Notes under the pieces: model-generated | Seen by the model: the letters and a program-made list of their open reading frames with translations, nothing else | The model's database searches: none | What the model was told of the DNA's origin: nothing | Made by a program: the position numbers and the translations under genes | Source of the DNA: Octopus vulgaris | Taxonomy: Eukaryota | NCBI GenBank assembly: GCA_951406725.2 | Contig: OX597815.1 | Location: 101,184,001 to 101,248,000, forward strand | Reading direction: 5' to 3' | DNA length: 64,000 nucleotides | Shown here: one piece after another, positions 46,145 to 59,974 of the stretch | How the letters are laid out: each line of letters opens with the position of its first letter | Numbering within the stretch: position 1 is the stretch's first letter

Positions 46145-46530
46145 TACAAGGACCAGCTGAAAAGTTTATAGACTGACCAAGATACTCTCATGGAGTATGA
46201 CCAAATGAGGTTTCTTTTTCAACATAGTTCCCCATGCGGTGCAAACACTTCTCTCATTGGTGTTGCAGTGCTTGGATTTCATTAGTGAAGATGCTTTCAT
46301 CCTGTTCGTCAAAAACGTCATCAGCAGCAGATATGACGTCATCATCACTGCGATATTGGTTCCCAGCCAAGTGATTTTTCATGTTGGAGAAAGATCAGGA
46401 GAATAGGGAGGGCGATCAACTAGTTCAAAGCCACAGTCACACATAGCAGCCATTGGGAGCAAGGACTTGTGTGATGGAGCATTGTCCTGATGAAACAAGA
46501 CCACTTTTGTCAGTTTTCCCAGGCATTTGA
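46145..46530 (-). mobile_element. Degraded mariner 3' fragment
   Basis: Minus-strand LFHQDNAPSHKS and ELVDRPPYSPDLSP motifs, with a TIR-like end near 46145. Confidence 0.75.
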
Positions 46531-47527
46531 TCGATTGATTGACGTAGTTTTAATTTGAAACCACAGGCACTATTTCGGCATAATGAAATCGCTAGACTGT
46601 CATCAACTACTTTGGACTCTGCCTATAATTTTACACACTTTGTCGAGAAAGTTTTATCAAGCATTCATTTCCAAATCGATCCAGTTTCATCTACATTTAC
46701 AATTTCTTCATTAGTATAACCACTGATAATTATAATTTTAAATTCATTTTAAGTAAAGAGTTTGGGGCACGCTAATTTAGATGACAACAACCAGTTGATA
46801 GCATTAACCATGATTATAATAAGTAGATTCCACTGTACATTAGAATTAATTACGCATCAAGTAAAATGAATTAATTTTGTTTTATACAACAAATATTTGC
46901 TACCGATCCTTCCATCTCTGGTTTCATTTACTCTTCATGATATAATCAGCCTGGATTTGATTTGTCTGTTGTGGTGACTACTTTTCATAATTTCTGTTCT
47001 ATTGAATTCTGTTTGATCTTACGAGCTTATAATAAATTGCGACTCTTTAGAATATTCTGTTTAAGACAAACAGTTGCAAGTGTTCCAAAATAATGGGCAG
47101 TGTCTTACTCTATCAATCTGTAAATTGTGAAATCGCCGGGTAATTCCTTGATTTGTTATGTAGGAATGGCCATTCAAGAGATCTTGACCATTGAATAGAT
47201 GTTTTATACGAGGGGTGCTGAAAAGTTCCTGGCTGTAAAGGTATTGCGAAAGGCCTAGTTAGAGGCTCAGACTTCCGAGTTCTTTTACAGGGATTAGAAA
47301 AATCGAAGGACCGTTGCAAAAAGTGTGTGAATCTGAGATAGGAATATATTGGATAAAAGCAAATATAGAATTTTGAACACCACTCTGCATCCCCAAAAGA
47401 CAATTTTACACATACCAAAACAACACAGAGGTGCACCGGGGGTACATTAGAAACTCATACAAAACTTCAAAAAAGATAATAATAATAAATGTTTCTAGGA
47501 GTGGCTGTGTGGTAAGTAGCTTGTTTA

Positions 47528-49389
47528 TCTCACTACTGTGTGGATGCGTTCTTCTTCGCTGCTGGAGTCACGTCGTTGTATAATTGAAGCATAATTGAAG
47601 CATAAATACTAGGTAAGACATTTGTTTTTTGTTGGATTCAGTGGAGTTTTGTTGCTCGTGTTTATTTATTTTTGTCGAACAAGAAATCTCTACTGAGTCC
47701 CACGCATTTGTCTGCCTGTGGTTGCATTTGGAGTCTCACATAACGGTGAGAATTGTTTTGTTTTGGTGGGCGTGACTCGCAACCAAAATTTGAAACGTTT
47801 ATCAAAATTTTTTGTCTGCTACGGTGAACTGGAATACCTGTGCGAAGCAATATTCTTGAGGATTACATGTGGATTATTTGCGGATTACCTGTGAACCCGG
47901 ATTACCTAAGTGGTGGAATTGTGTTGCCGTGCTGGAACCGTCTTCCTTTTTTGTTGAACATTTTCCTGTGTTTTTTTTTGCAAAGCATGGCAAAAAATAA
48001 AAACACTGTCTTGGAGTGGGAAATTGAGCTCCCCAAGCAGTGGGTAAAGGACTTTAATGAGAGAACGGTGGTGTTGAGTACATATTCCAAGTCCCTCGAC
48101 ACCATCACTGTGTTCTCTCAAGTGAATATTGAGAAGGAGTTGGCAGAATACCTGCCGACTACCAAGTTTATTGCAAGGAATGTCAAATATGCAACAGTGT
48201 AGTTGCTATTTGACACCTCTGAGGAGGATCGCATTTTTGCGAGCCAGCCCCCGGAAGTGGAGAAAATTCTGTTTCTGTCCACATATCGTGGAAGGAAATT
48301 GACAACAGCTTGGGTGTGTGGGCTCCCACCTGGAATAGAGCCCGAGTGGATAGAGGACACTTTCCGCCGGGGTCTGGGTGGCTGTGGAGCCAAGCTCTTG
48401 AATGTTGCCTACGGCTGATTGGGTGGGGTCAAAAGCAGTTTTGACCCTGTGGACCCAATCAGCCGGTGCTTCCAGATTTTTTGAGGATGGCTGGGTCTAG
48501 GTATCCGGTGATTCTTGAGGGACGCTCCCAAGTCTCATCAGTACCTGGAGCCTGGCCACATTAAGAAGAACTGTCATTAAGAAGAACTGTCATTAAGAAG
48601 GGGAGCAACAATGGTTGCTCTCCGAGGGATCCCAAAGTTGTGGGAGGAAGCGAGGTTCCTGCGGTTATGGCGAAGGAGCCAACTCCTCCCGCACCAAAGA
48701 TAAAAAGGAAAAAGAAAAAAGAATGGGACAGTGCCGGAGGTGTGCAGTGTACTGCCGGCATGTCCCGAGGCCTCTTCGGTGGGAATCGTGCCACCGACAG
48801 AGGAAGATATGGACCCTCCCTGTGAAAGTAAAGAATATGTGGTATTCTATCCTAAGGGAGGGGTTGTTGACAACTTTGTTGAGAGTTGTCTTGTAAGTCA
48901 GGACCTGATGGAATCGGCCTGTACTGAAAGTCAGCATTGGCCGCTGCGGGTAGCGGCGCTGGTGGTGAATGAAAGAGATTTCTTTCGAATAGTGGAGTCC
49001 TGTTCGAAGAAAGATTACAATTATCTCTTTTGGAGACTCGGATTGCAGCTGCATGATTACCTACAGGTTGCAAGAGAATTGATAGGGGATGATTGAAGAG
49101 ACTTGGTGTCTCAGTCTGGGTAAAAGGTTTATTGCCTCATTTTTGCGTGTTCTTTTTAAAGACAAAAAGAAAATTTGTAATAAACTAAAGTAAGAGGTTT
49201 AATGCCTCATTTTGTTTTTTTTAAAAAAAGAATAATGTATTAGAGAAGCAAAAAATCGGCGAGCGTTTTTTGTCTTCTCCCCTCAATATCATTTTTTCAA
49301 CTTTTTTTTTCATCATTCATCTCATTAATGTTTCTGTACAGCCCGCAAGCTACTCTTTGCAATGCCTTCATGGCAAATTTGATGAAATA
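47528..49389 (+). mobile_element. Non-autonomous ORF1-only non-LTR element (L1/Tx1-like) inserted into a SINE head
   Basis: Flanked by a 14-bp TSD, AAGTAGCTTG(T/C)TTA, at 47514-47527 and 49390-49403, which splits a SINE. Carries a decayed ORF from ~47988 to 49096 with no RT motifs and ends in GAAATAAA. Confidence 0.7.
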
Positions 49390-49519
49390 AAGTAGCTTGC
49401 TTACCAGCCACATGGTTCCGGGTTCACAGTCCCACTGGGCAAGTGCCTTCTACTATAGCCTCGGGCCGATCAAAACCTTGTGAGTGGATATGGTAGACGA
49501 GAACTGAAAGAAGCCTGTC

Positions 49520-49606
<87 letters not shown>

Positions 49607-52600
49607 CGTGCGTGTGTGCGTGTGTGTGTGCGTGTGTATGTTTGTGCGTGTGTGTGCGTGTTTGTGTGTCTATGTTTGTCTCCCTAACATCGCTTGACAA
49701 CCGATGCTGGTGTGTTTACGTCCCCGTAACCTAGCGGTTCAGCAAAAAAACAATAAAATAAATACTAGGCTTACAAAGAATAAGTCATGGGGTCGATTTG
49801 TTCGACTAAAGGTGGTGCTCCAGCAAGGCCGCAGTCAAATGACTGAAGCAAGTAAAAGACTAAAAGAATACAAACACAAGGCCTATAATTTGATGAAGCA
49901 GTGGTGGTGGTGGTGGGAGGGCAGTCGATTACAGCAACGCTAGTATTTGAGTGGTACTTTATTTTATCGATCCAGAACGAGTGAAAGTCAAAGCTCGTCT
50001 TAGTGGGATTTGAATTTAGATCATAAACACCCGCAAGAAATGCCGCTAAGCATTTTGTCCGAGGGTCTAACGATTCAGCCAGCTCGATGATTTATGATCA
50101 TAAATAATAATAACGAAGAAAATAAAGAAAGATTTCCTTCTCGAGCCATGCCAAGCTCATAAAGGCCGGTTTCCCGGTTTCAGTGGCGTATAAATTCCTC
50201 CACCTGGACGGGACGCCGATCCATCACGGGATTACTCATTTTTGCCAGCTAAGTCCAGGAATCGAAACCACAATCTTACGATCAGGAGTCCAACACTCTA
50301 ACCACTAAGCCACGCGCCTCTACAAATAAAAATAATATTCCAAATTTTGACAAGGCCGGCAATTTTAGATCTGTGTGTATGTGTGTGTGTATGTGTGTGC
50401 GTATGCGTGCACGCGCGTGTATGTGTGTGTGTGTGTGTGAGACGGTAAGTCAACTGCATTGGCATCAGTGCTCAACTGGTACTTATTTTATCCAACCCGA
50501 AAGGACGAAAAGCAAAGTCGACCTCGGCGGAATTTGAACTCAGAACGTAGCTAATGATTCTGTCAGCTCGCCGCCTTATAAATAATTATAATTTATTTCG
50601 AATTTCGGCACAAGGCTAGCGATTTTAGGTGTGGTGAGCTAAGTCAGTTACATCGGTCTCAGTGCCCAACTGGTACGTATTTTATCGAACCCTAAAAGAC
50701 GAAAGGTTAAGTTGATTATTGTGGAATTTGAGTACAGAACGTAAAGAGCTGGAAAAAATGCTGCTAAGCACTTTGTCTGACGTAATTTTCCCATTAATCT
50801 CATCAATATAGTCTTAGCAAAGGTGTTTGAGGGTTAACAAAAACTAAAGAGTGTCTGAAATCATAACTGTAAGTGTAGTCATGCAGTAATATAAAAAAGC
50901 ATCTCCCACACTATTGAACACCTACGAAAATTCATACATCAGAAATACTTAAATGTTCAGCACAGATCCCCCTTTAGAATAAGGAAACTAGTTCTCCATG
51001 TTGAATCGTTCTTCCTATTTAAAAGCAGCGGTAGTTGACGCTGTGTAATATATATGAATCAACTTATGCACATGAAAACTCAAACTGAGAAGCAGTCGAT
51101 CGTATTCTTTAATCTATAAATTTCGACCATGTCACAGCTGAATACATATCTACATTGCTTTATTCGATGTCTAACAGAGCAAATGTATTATCGAAACATT
51201 TTAGTATTTATAGTTTTGATGGCATCAGCTAAATGAAACTTTTATTACTTATTAAAGTAAGGAAGCACAATTGGAATTATATGTATTTCAAAATCAATAT
51301 GTTTGATTGTCGGAGATAGAAAGAAACAGCTGTAACGCGATAAACACCTCTTAAATTTCATAAAGCTTTCTGAATGATGAGTGCATTGAGGGAAACTATG
51401 TAACCTGGGAATTCAGAAAACAAAATGCATCAGAAGGCTGTAAAGTATTTATCTATTAATATTGCCGAGATTTTAATGGTAACGGTTTCACTAGCTTGAG
51501 TGATATAAAATATTCACCGATTACGTACATATGGAAGTGCTTCATTTTTGTTGACCGTTTTTGTACAAATCACATTTGTTTGATTAGAACGGTTGATTGG
51601 CTTCGCCGGAAGTCATGCTATTAACTAGGAAGTAACATTATAATTGACGGAAGCAAGAAATTCCAATTTTACTGTTGTAGAAAAGATAGATAACTAGATA
51701 GATAAACAGATAGACATAGAAAGAGAGAAAGAAAGAAAGAAAGAGAGAGAGAGAAGACTGTGAATGAGTATTGTTGCAATATGCAACATGCTAAGTTGCA
51801 ATACAATATAAAAAAGCCAAGCCTCTTTTGTTCATTCTTCTCTTTTCCACTGATTCTATAAAACACAAAATAGTGGTGATGAAAGAAGTACAGAATAGTA
51901 AAAGTTAGTATATACAGCCATTTTATACAGGGTAGACATTGAATAAACTATTTAGAGTGTAAAATGTAATAACTTAACACTGCATATCTGAATAAAACCA
52001 CTCGTCGTATGGCCGAGTAGTTAGGAATTAAGTTTTAATCACATGGGTTTGTGTTCGATCCTATCACTTTGAACCATGGGAAAGTGTTTTCATGCATTGA
52101 CTTGTATTGGCCCAGTTCTTGTGTATGAGTTTGATAGGTGGACATTGTTTGGAAGCCCGTTGGATGGACTTCGACATTTTGCTTGAGGCAGATATAATCC
52201 ATTGCGATTTATTATTCAGATACACTAAACTGTTCTGTTGAAAATATTCTGACGTCTCCGTCTGAAGGAAGATCTTAATGTACTTTTACATACTGTAACC
52301 ACCATTGAGTCACAGTTCATTCTCCCTGACCTCATCAGTATTGGCGATGCTACAAAAAAAAAAAAAAAAAAAGAACCCATCAAAAAACAAATACTCTGAC
52401 CTTTCCTAATAAATTATAAAGACGTGATCTCTAAGCTTACACAACTCAAATGAAACGAAGTTGAAATTTTAGGAAATAACAAATAATTTCAAGATGGAAT
52501 CCATATGAAAATGAGAAAGTGAACGACTACTGCAAATGTAAGACCACCACCACCACCACCACCTTCATTGAACAAACCAACGGTCAAAAGTGTTTCAACG

Positions 52601-53509
52601 ATGACTATATCGTATCTTTTTATCAATCAGGCATAGTATACTTCTGTGTACATTAGTCAATGTCTGGCTTTTATAAAAATAGGTTGAGGACATTTGGTCA
52701 TTATCTCTAGCAAATCGAGTTACTGCATATAGGCTTCCTTGCTGAATTAGGATCCTTTGTAGTTGTGGGATATGGTGATATAAATGTAAGCATAACAAGA
52801 GTTGGATTGCCCAATTAGAATCATTTCACTTCACTTAGATCATTCATGCCACAAAGACAAGAACGTCACATAACCGCAAGTTTTATTTCTTATATTGGTT
52901 TCAAATTTTGATACAAGGCCAATAAGTTCGAGGGAGGGAATAATTCGATTACATCGATCTCAGTGTTCAAATGGTACTTATTTTATCGACTCTGAATGAA
53001 TGAAAGGCAAAGTCGACCTCGGGTGAATTTGAACTCAGAACATAAAGACGGACGAAATGCTGCTAAGCATTTTGTCCTGCGTGCTAACGATTCTGACAGC
53101 TCGCCGCCTGAGGAACTACGATAACAATCCACAGACAAAGATTGTCACCCGTTTTAACATCGGCTGGTACTTTGGGTGCCTTAGCGGAGTCCACTCTGTT
53201 GCAAGCGTTCGCTCAAAATTCCCAGCTTGAGGATACCCTCCTACCCACCTCCCACAAGTCTGTAACGAGTCATGAGTATTGTTTTCCCTGCAGACTAAAA
53301 GAAAAAAGAACGAAACGCATTTTGTAACTCTTTAGTAAGTAGGTAGGTAGATATTACACCTACCTACCTACCTACCTACCTACCTACCTACGTACCTACC
53401 TACTTACCTACCTAGTTATCTACCTACTCCCTACCAATCCACTGACCCACCTACTTATCTCTGTCTATATAAAATAACTTTTGTGTGTGTATACATATAT
53501 ATATATGTG

Positions 53510-53574
<65 letters not shown>

Positions 53575-53603
53575 GTATATATATACATATATATATATAC
53601 ATA

Positions 53604-53647
<44 letters not shown>

Positions 53648-55042
53648 TGTGTGTGTGTGTATGACTATTGAAAAGGTTGCAAGACGCAACGAAAATTTTA
53701 GGAAAAAAAAAAATAAGTGAAAATTTTACCGGTGTGTGTGTTAGATTATAAGGCACCAAAAGAAAATGACTCTCCCCAGACGCAACAGTATATATATAAG
53801 TATATATGTATTTATGTATGTACATATATGTGTGTGTGTATATGTATGTATACATACATACACACATGTATGTACGTGTGTATGTACGTACGTATACACA
53901 TACACACATTCACAAGTTTGATTATTTTTTCATGCTCAACGCACGTGTACTCATACATGCACACAACACGCACGCACACAACACACGTACACACAATGTT
54001 AGGCACAGAGGCTTTGGGAGAATTCATCATCGAGGTCATGACAACACTGTTCCTTCAACACCACAAAAATACAAGATATAAACCACTTTTCAGGCAAACC
54101 CATCTATAATTAAACCGTCTCTAGACATCTATGACATGCAACTAAAATTCCACTATCTGGTGATTACTTGTAGTGATCTTATACGCTTAACATTGCCAAA
54201 ATTACATCTCAAAACTAAGCTTCTCCTTTTTGGCTAAAACACTTCAATTCATTTCCAAACTGATACACATACGGCTTGATTCAATGTAAATCTTGTAAAT
54301 TGGCTAAACACTGGTAATTCAAACAGCACACCAACTGTATATAGCCGTTAGCTGTTACAACGAACTCATGTCACAAATTTACTAGTAGAAGGACTGAGGA
54401 ATGAACGAGGAAACCGTTTAGCGAGCACTTAACCTGTAAGAAATACCAACCATATCTGCCTCCAATCACAATCATTAGGAGGACATTTTATTTGATGTTA
54501 TTCGAATAACACCTAGCAAGCACGTGCCGTCAGTAATTACTCAGGGTGGGTAGTTGGTGACCATGTAGTAAAACACACAAAAAATAAGCGAAATACAGAC
54601 GTGCGACTGAGTTGAAGACAGATTTACCTCTAACTTTATAGCCCTTAAAGGAAAAGTTGTAGGAGTGTACGCAGCGCGTGTACTACAGCATTACTATGCG
54701 TAACTTAAATACTGTGATTGAAAGGCAGGGGCGAATTATGCCTACCTAATCTACAAAAAAAAAAAATTATATTTTGTGCATAGTAATCAGACTAACCTTC
54801 ATAGTATTATTGAATTAAGTGCATATTTTGCCATAAAAGGAAAATGTTGCTATCGATCTATTTTATTCAAGATAGGCACTGTCTATCTTGGCGGCACGTC
54901 TGTGACACCTAGCATCAAATATGTAGTATTGTCCTTATGTTAGAAACAATTAAATTTGATACTTGAGAAATAGTAAATAGAATTATCATAAAATAAAAAA
55001 AGAAGAAATTACGAATTTTCGTGGGTATGTGGTGTTTACTGT

Positions 55043-55290
55043 GGAGGCGCAGGGCTTAGTGGTTAGGATGTCAGCATCATGATCGTAAGATTGTGGTTTC
55101 GATTCCTGGTCCGGGCGATGCGTTGTGTTCTTGAGCAAAACACTTCATTTCACGTTGCTCCAGTCCACTCAGCTGGCAAAAATGAGTAACGCTGCGATGG
55201 ACTGGCGTCCCGTCCAGCTGGGGAACACATAGGCCATAGAAACCGGGAAACCGGGCCCATGAACCTGGCTAGGTTTTAAAAGGGCGCATT
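55043..55290 (+). mobile_element. tRNA-derived SINE family 3
   Basis: GGAGGCGCA.GGCTTAGTGGTTAG (A box), GTTTCGATTCC (B box) and TTTCACGTTGCTCCAGTCCACTCAGCTG. Copies lie near 9960-10105(-), 11770-11935(-), 22190-22531(-), 28075-28230, 50135-50320(-) and 63330-63670(-). Confidence 0.8.
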
Positions 55291-55421
55291 TATTTATTTA
55301 TTTATTTATTTATTTATTATGTGGTGTTTACTAGCATATACAAAACATGCGCATCTACATTTAGAAATCCAATGAATTTTTTCCTCTTTTGGGATTCTGG
55401 CTAGGCTTTAAAAGGGCGCAT

Positions 55422-55460
<39 letters not shown>

Positions 55461-56566
55461 TTATGTGGTGTTTACTAGCATATACAAAATATGCGCATCT
55501 ACATTTAGAAATCCAATGAATCTTTTCCTCTTTTGGGATTCTGTTTATTTGAATCTATAAAACTACTACCATAATACTACCAGCCGTGAAGGAAATAGAC
55601 ATTAGATAGATACAATAAGTTTGTAGATATATTACAAGATATTTGACTTGACCACACAATATCTAACTCAATCAACTAACATTAATTACCTTCTCAAAGC
55701 AACAGAAATGTATTATCAGATAGTAAGTAATAACAATATTGATAATGATGTTTATAACAAAAACAATAACAATGACGGTAATGATGACGGGAATGATTAT
55801 GATGATAATAATGAAGATCATGATTTATTGTTGTTGCTGCCGTTGTTGTTGCTGATATTTGATTCATCGTATAGTTTCTGATTACAACAAGACTCTATAG
55901 AGAGATTTTCGACAGGAAGGTAATTCTGTGTAAATATTGTTTTGGGAGAATGGAACTGAAATCTGAGCTTTTGACGGTCAGTAAATTTAGTTTCCGCCAT
56001 GTTGTTAGAAATGTCAAGCAACGGTAGCTGTCATTGAAGGATAATTCAATTAAGGTGATAGGGTTAGCCCACTTTTGAGGAAGAATTAGCGTCGAATTAC
56101 ACTGGCAGTGTGGACAATGACGATCTGTTGATATATATAGTTTGTATGATCGAATTCATCGAATTACACCGCAATCATTCGTTGCTTTATCCAATGAGGT
56201 GGGCGATAAAACGAAGAAAGAAATAGTTACTTGGTTAAATCATTTGTTATCGGTCAAAGAGAGAGCCTCTGAGTCAACGAACATGGACTAGAGATAAGAA
56301 CCAAATCACCCTCCAATCATAAACAATAGAAGGACACTTTAGTTAATGTAGTTCTAGATACACTATGCATGAAAAAAAAAGGAAGAGCGGGATGATAATG
56401 GTTGGAACAAATTTGATTGTAGGTTTGAGCTATTGGAGTTGAACAGCAGTTAAGAAGCAACGACAACAGCTACTACAACAACAGTCAGGTAGTGAGAGTG
56501 TCTTAACAAGGTCAGTCAACCTGCAACAACAGATATCGACTAAATAAATCTACCTCTTACGTCTTA

Positions 56567-57838
56567 CGAGGGGCGTTCAATAAGTAATGCCCCTGACCCA
56601 CTTCCCACAGCAGTAGAGCAACGACACTTGGCACAGTTATTAGTCTTTTCCTACATAGGAACTACCCAGAGTTATGCATTTCTCCCATCGTTTGATACAG
56701 CTCTGGAGACCGTTTTTGTAGAAGACCCCAGCTTGGTCCTCCAACCACGACGTGACTTCAGAAATCAAGGCTGCATCATCTGGGAAACGCTTTCCTTTCA
56801 AAATCAACTTCATGGCTGGGAAGAGGTGAAAATCAGAGGGTGCAAGGGGAGGAGTTCATAGCTGCACGCCTGTGCTTCTGATCTGGCGACACGCGAGTTG
56901 TGGACCGGAGCGTTGTCCTGCAGGAGGAGGATGCCTTTGCTGATCTTGCCCCGTCTCTTGATTTTGATAGCTTCTCTTAATTTCCTCAAAAGTGAATCAT
57001 AATAGGCTCCTGTAATTGTGGTACCCTTTGCCAGGAAATCTGTAATCACTACTCCGTCCTGGTGCCAGAAGACTGTGAGCATAACCTTGTCAGCGGAGGG
57101 CTGCACCCTTGCCTTCTTTGGAGGAGATGAGTCACGGTGCTTTCACTGCATTGACTGGGCTTTGGTCTATGGATCATAGTGATGGACCCAGGTTTTATCC
57201 TGTGTGATCAGTCTTTTGAAAAATTTTGACTCATTTTCTTGGCACATCTCCAAATTCATCCTCGAGCACTCAACGCGTTCTTGCTTCTGGAAAGGTGTGA
57301 GCAACATGGAAATCCATCTGGCAGACACCTTTTGCATATGCAAATGGTCATGAATGATAGTTTCCACAGACCCGGTACTAATCTTAACCTTATGGGCTAT
57401 TTGGCGAATAGTTATACGTTGACCTTCCAAAATGGCAGCCTCAACTTGACGGACAGACGTCTCATCAACGGCAGAAGGGGGCGACCAGATCTGGGAGCTG
57501 TTTCCACAGAGTTCCGACTATGTTTGAATTCACAATGCCAGCGTTTTACAAGGTCATATGATGGGGCATCATCACCATAAGTTACTTTCATTTCATCAAA
57601 AGTCTCCCGTGGTGTGCGTCCTTTCAAATACAAAAACCAGATCACTGCTCGACACTCAACAGGCTCCATTTCACACTTGACTCAGTTCAAACACCTGTAA
57701 ATCAGAAACCACAATTAGTTCAGAGCTGTAATTCGCCACTTCTAATCTATAGAGGTATAAATAAGTGCACATGCAAAATTTCAGCTAGATCAAACAACTG
57801 CAAGTGGGTCAGGGGCATTACTTATTGAACGCCCCTCG
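56567..57838 (-). mobile_element. Mariner DNA transposon (irritans/Hsmar2-like), near full length, defective transposase
   Basis: 37-bp perfect TIRs CGAGGGGCGTTCAATAAGTAATGCCCCTGACCCACTT with TA TSDs. Broken ORF from 57669 carries PRSGRP, VSARWI, ITQDKTWVHHYDP, KVMLTVFW and LLQDNAPVH; the YSPDL region is deleted. Confidence 0.96.
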
Positions 57839-58733
57839 TACCGTCTAACAAAGAAGTAAGCACAGATTTATTAACATAGTTCTAGATATACTATCGCTGA
57901 AAAATGAACAGAAAAAAAAAAAGAAAAAAGAAGAAGAAAGAAGTGAAAAGCGGGATGCTTACGGCTAAAACATCTTTTGTCAGGTTTGTTGGATCAGCAT
58001 CAACAGTGATCTGGAGCTAAGCAACAATAGTCTACTGCTACTACTACAACATGTCACGACCCTCTTTTTGTTGTTTCTACCTTTCCAGCTCCGTGTTCGA
58101 TATTGTTTATTTAAGGATATTCTAAGACATATCGGATCTAGTTTTTTTCATTCACAAAATATGCATTTTTTAAAAAGGAAGTAAAATATCTGGAAATCGG
58201 CTATAATAATGTAGTCTTCCAATCTCATTGCTATGAAGGTATGATGTTGTGGGGGAAAAAAAATTGGAGGTAAAAGTTACAGAAGTTTAAAAATCGGAAA
58301 AACTCTCGGCACAGTCATGCCTTTGGATGTCAGAAGTGAAAGTAGAAAAATCTGACGTCAGACGTCAACTTCGTGTATTTACGTCGTCATGTTTAAACTT
58401 TCGTTTATTTACGTACCACCACGCTTTAATTTACGCCGTTTATTTACGTACCACCACGCTAGGTTTATAAAAGCTTGAAGTTAATTTTTAAAATAAATGT
58501 GATACTTATTCTGTTTAAACTTTATAAATAAATATATTCTTGCATTATTCATTATTGTTTTTAAAAAAGAAATCACACCAAATCTGCACAAATGAACCCC
58601 CATGACCATCACCGCGATTACATACACCAATCAGAATGACCACTGACCACCACGTGCGTAATTCAAACTTTGAAATTTATTCAGTTAGAAAATCTTTCAG
58701 TGTGATATCAACACGTGCGAAACAATTTTCAAT

Positions 58734-59638
58734 ATGGCTTTTGCATATCCAAGTTTAAGAGGAATTAGTCACCGCGATATTACCATGGCCACGGCTACAA
58801 CAGCAGATAGCATTAATTGGCTTTAGAGACATGGCCTTTTGAATACCCAGAAAATATGTATATCGTGTGGAGGTAGCATGAGTGAAATAGCGAAAAAAGT
58901 ATATCGGATGAAGTAATATGGTCGTGTGGAAGGCCTTGTAGAAAATCCGTGTCAATTAGAAAAGGAACATTTTTAGAAAATAGCAAATTGAAGTGTCAAC
59001 AAATCATAGATATATTATATTACTGGGCCAAAGAAGATTTAGCAAAAGGAATAGGACAGGAATGTCATTTAGCAAATGTAGCCGTGACAGATTGGAGGAA
59101 TTTTTGCCGCGATATATGTGCAGAATATTATGTTGCACAGAATATTAAGCTGGGAGGACCCAACAGAATCGTAGAGATAGACGAAAGCGCGTTTGTTAGA
59201 AGAAAATATAATGTTGGCCATCGGGTTAAAACGCAGTGGGTGTTTGGTGCTTTAGAAAGAGATACCAGAAGATGTATTTTAGTGGCAGTGGAAGATCGGA
59301 GAGCGGACACTCTTTTACAAATTATACGAGAGCGTATATTGCCTGGTACAACCATAATTTCCGACCTTTGGCGTTCGTATAATACACTCAGTCAGCTAGG
59401 ATACAGACATTTGACCGTGAATCATTCAATAAATTTTGTTGATCCGGTAACATTTGCCACAACCAACCACATAGAATGTTTATGCAAACACGTAAAGAAT
59501 CGAAATAGAAGAGAATGTGGAACGGCCAGAAATTTACTTCAGACCCATCTCATCGAATTCATGTGGCGCTATGAATTTAAGGACGATATATTCGGAAAGT
59601 TGATAGAGCAAATTCGACAGCTATATCCATGTGTTTGA
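58734..59638 (+). pseudogene. Merlin/ISXO2 DDE transposase with a disrupted N-terminus
   Basis: Open frame 58949-59638 has VEIDES, WVFG, IISDLWRSY, HLTVNHS.NFVDP and TNHIE. The region between the likely ATG at 58734 and 58949 has stops and frameshifts. Confidence 0.85.
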
Positions 59639-59737
59639 GATATAGAGAGTATAAGTATCAAGACAGAATGAGTATCGCATTTATTTTTAAACTTAACTTC
59701 AAGTTTATATTTTGATAATCTCTCCGTTGAAAATAAT

Positions 59738-59974
59738 ATTTTTACATTCTAAATAATTTGCGTTTATTAATTTGATATATTTACACGCGTTTTTGATTTT
59801 TACATTCTAAATAATTTGCGTTTGTTAATTTGATATATTTACACGCGTTTTTGATTTTTACATTCTAAATAATTTGCGTTTATTAATTTGATATATTTAC
59901 ACGCGTTTTTGATTTTTACATTCTAAATAATTTGCGTTTATTAATTTGATATATTTACACGCGTTTTTGATTTT
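59738..59974. repeat. 58-bp x4 subterminal tandem repeat of the Merlin element
   Basis: TACATTCTAAATAATTTGCG anchors at 59743, 59801, 59859 and 59917. Confidence 0.92.

Noticed and set aside
54340-54432. Minus-strand terminal exon after a TTCTTACAG acceptor
   Set aside because: Only about 20 codons with no recognisable homology and no partner exons found.
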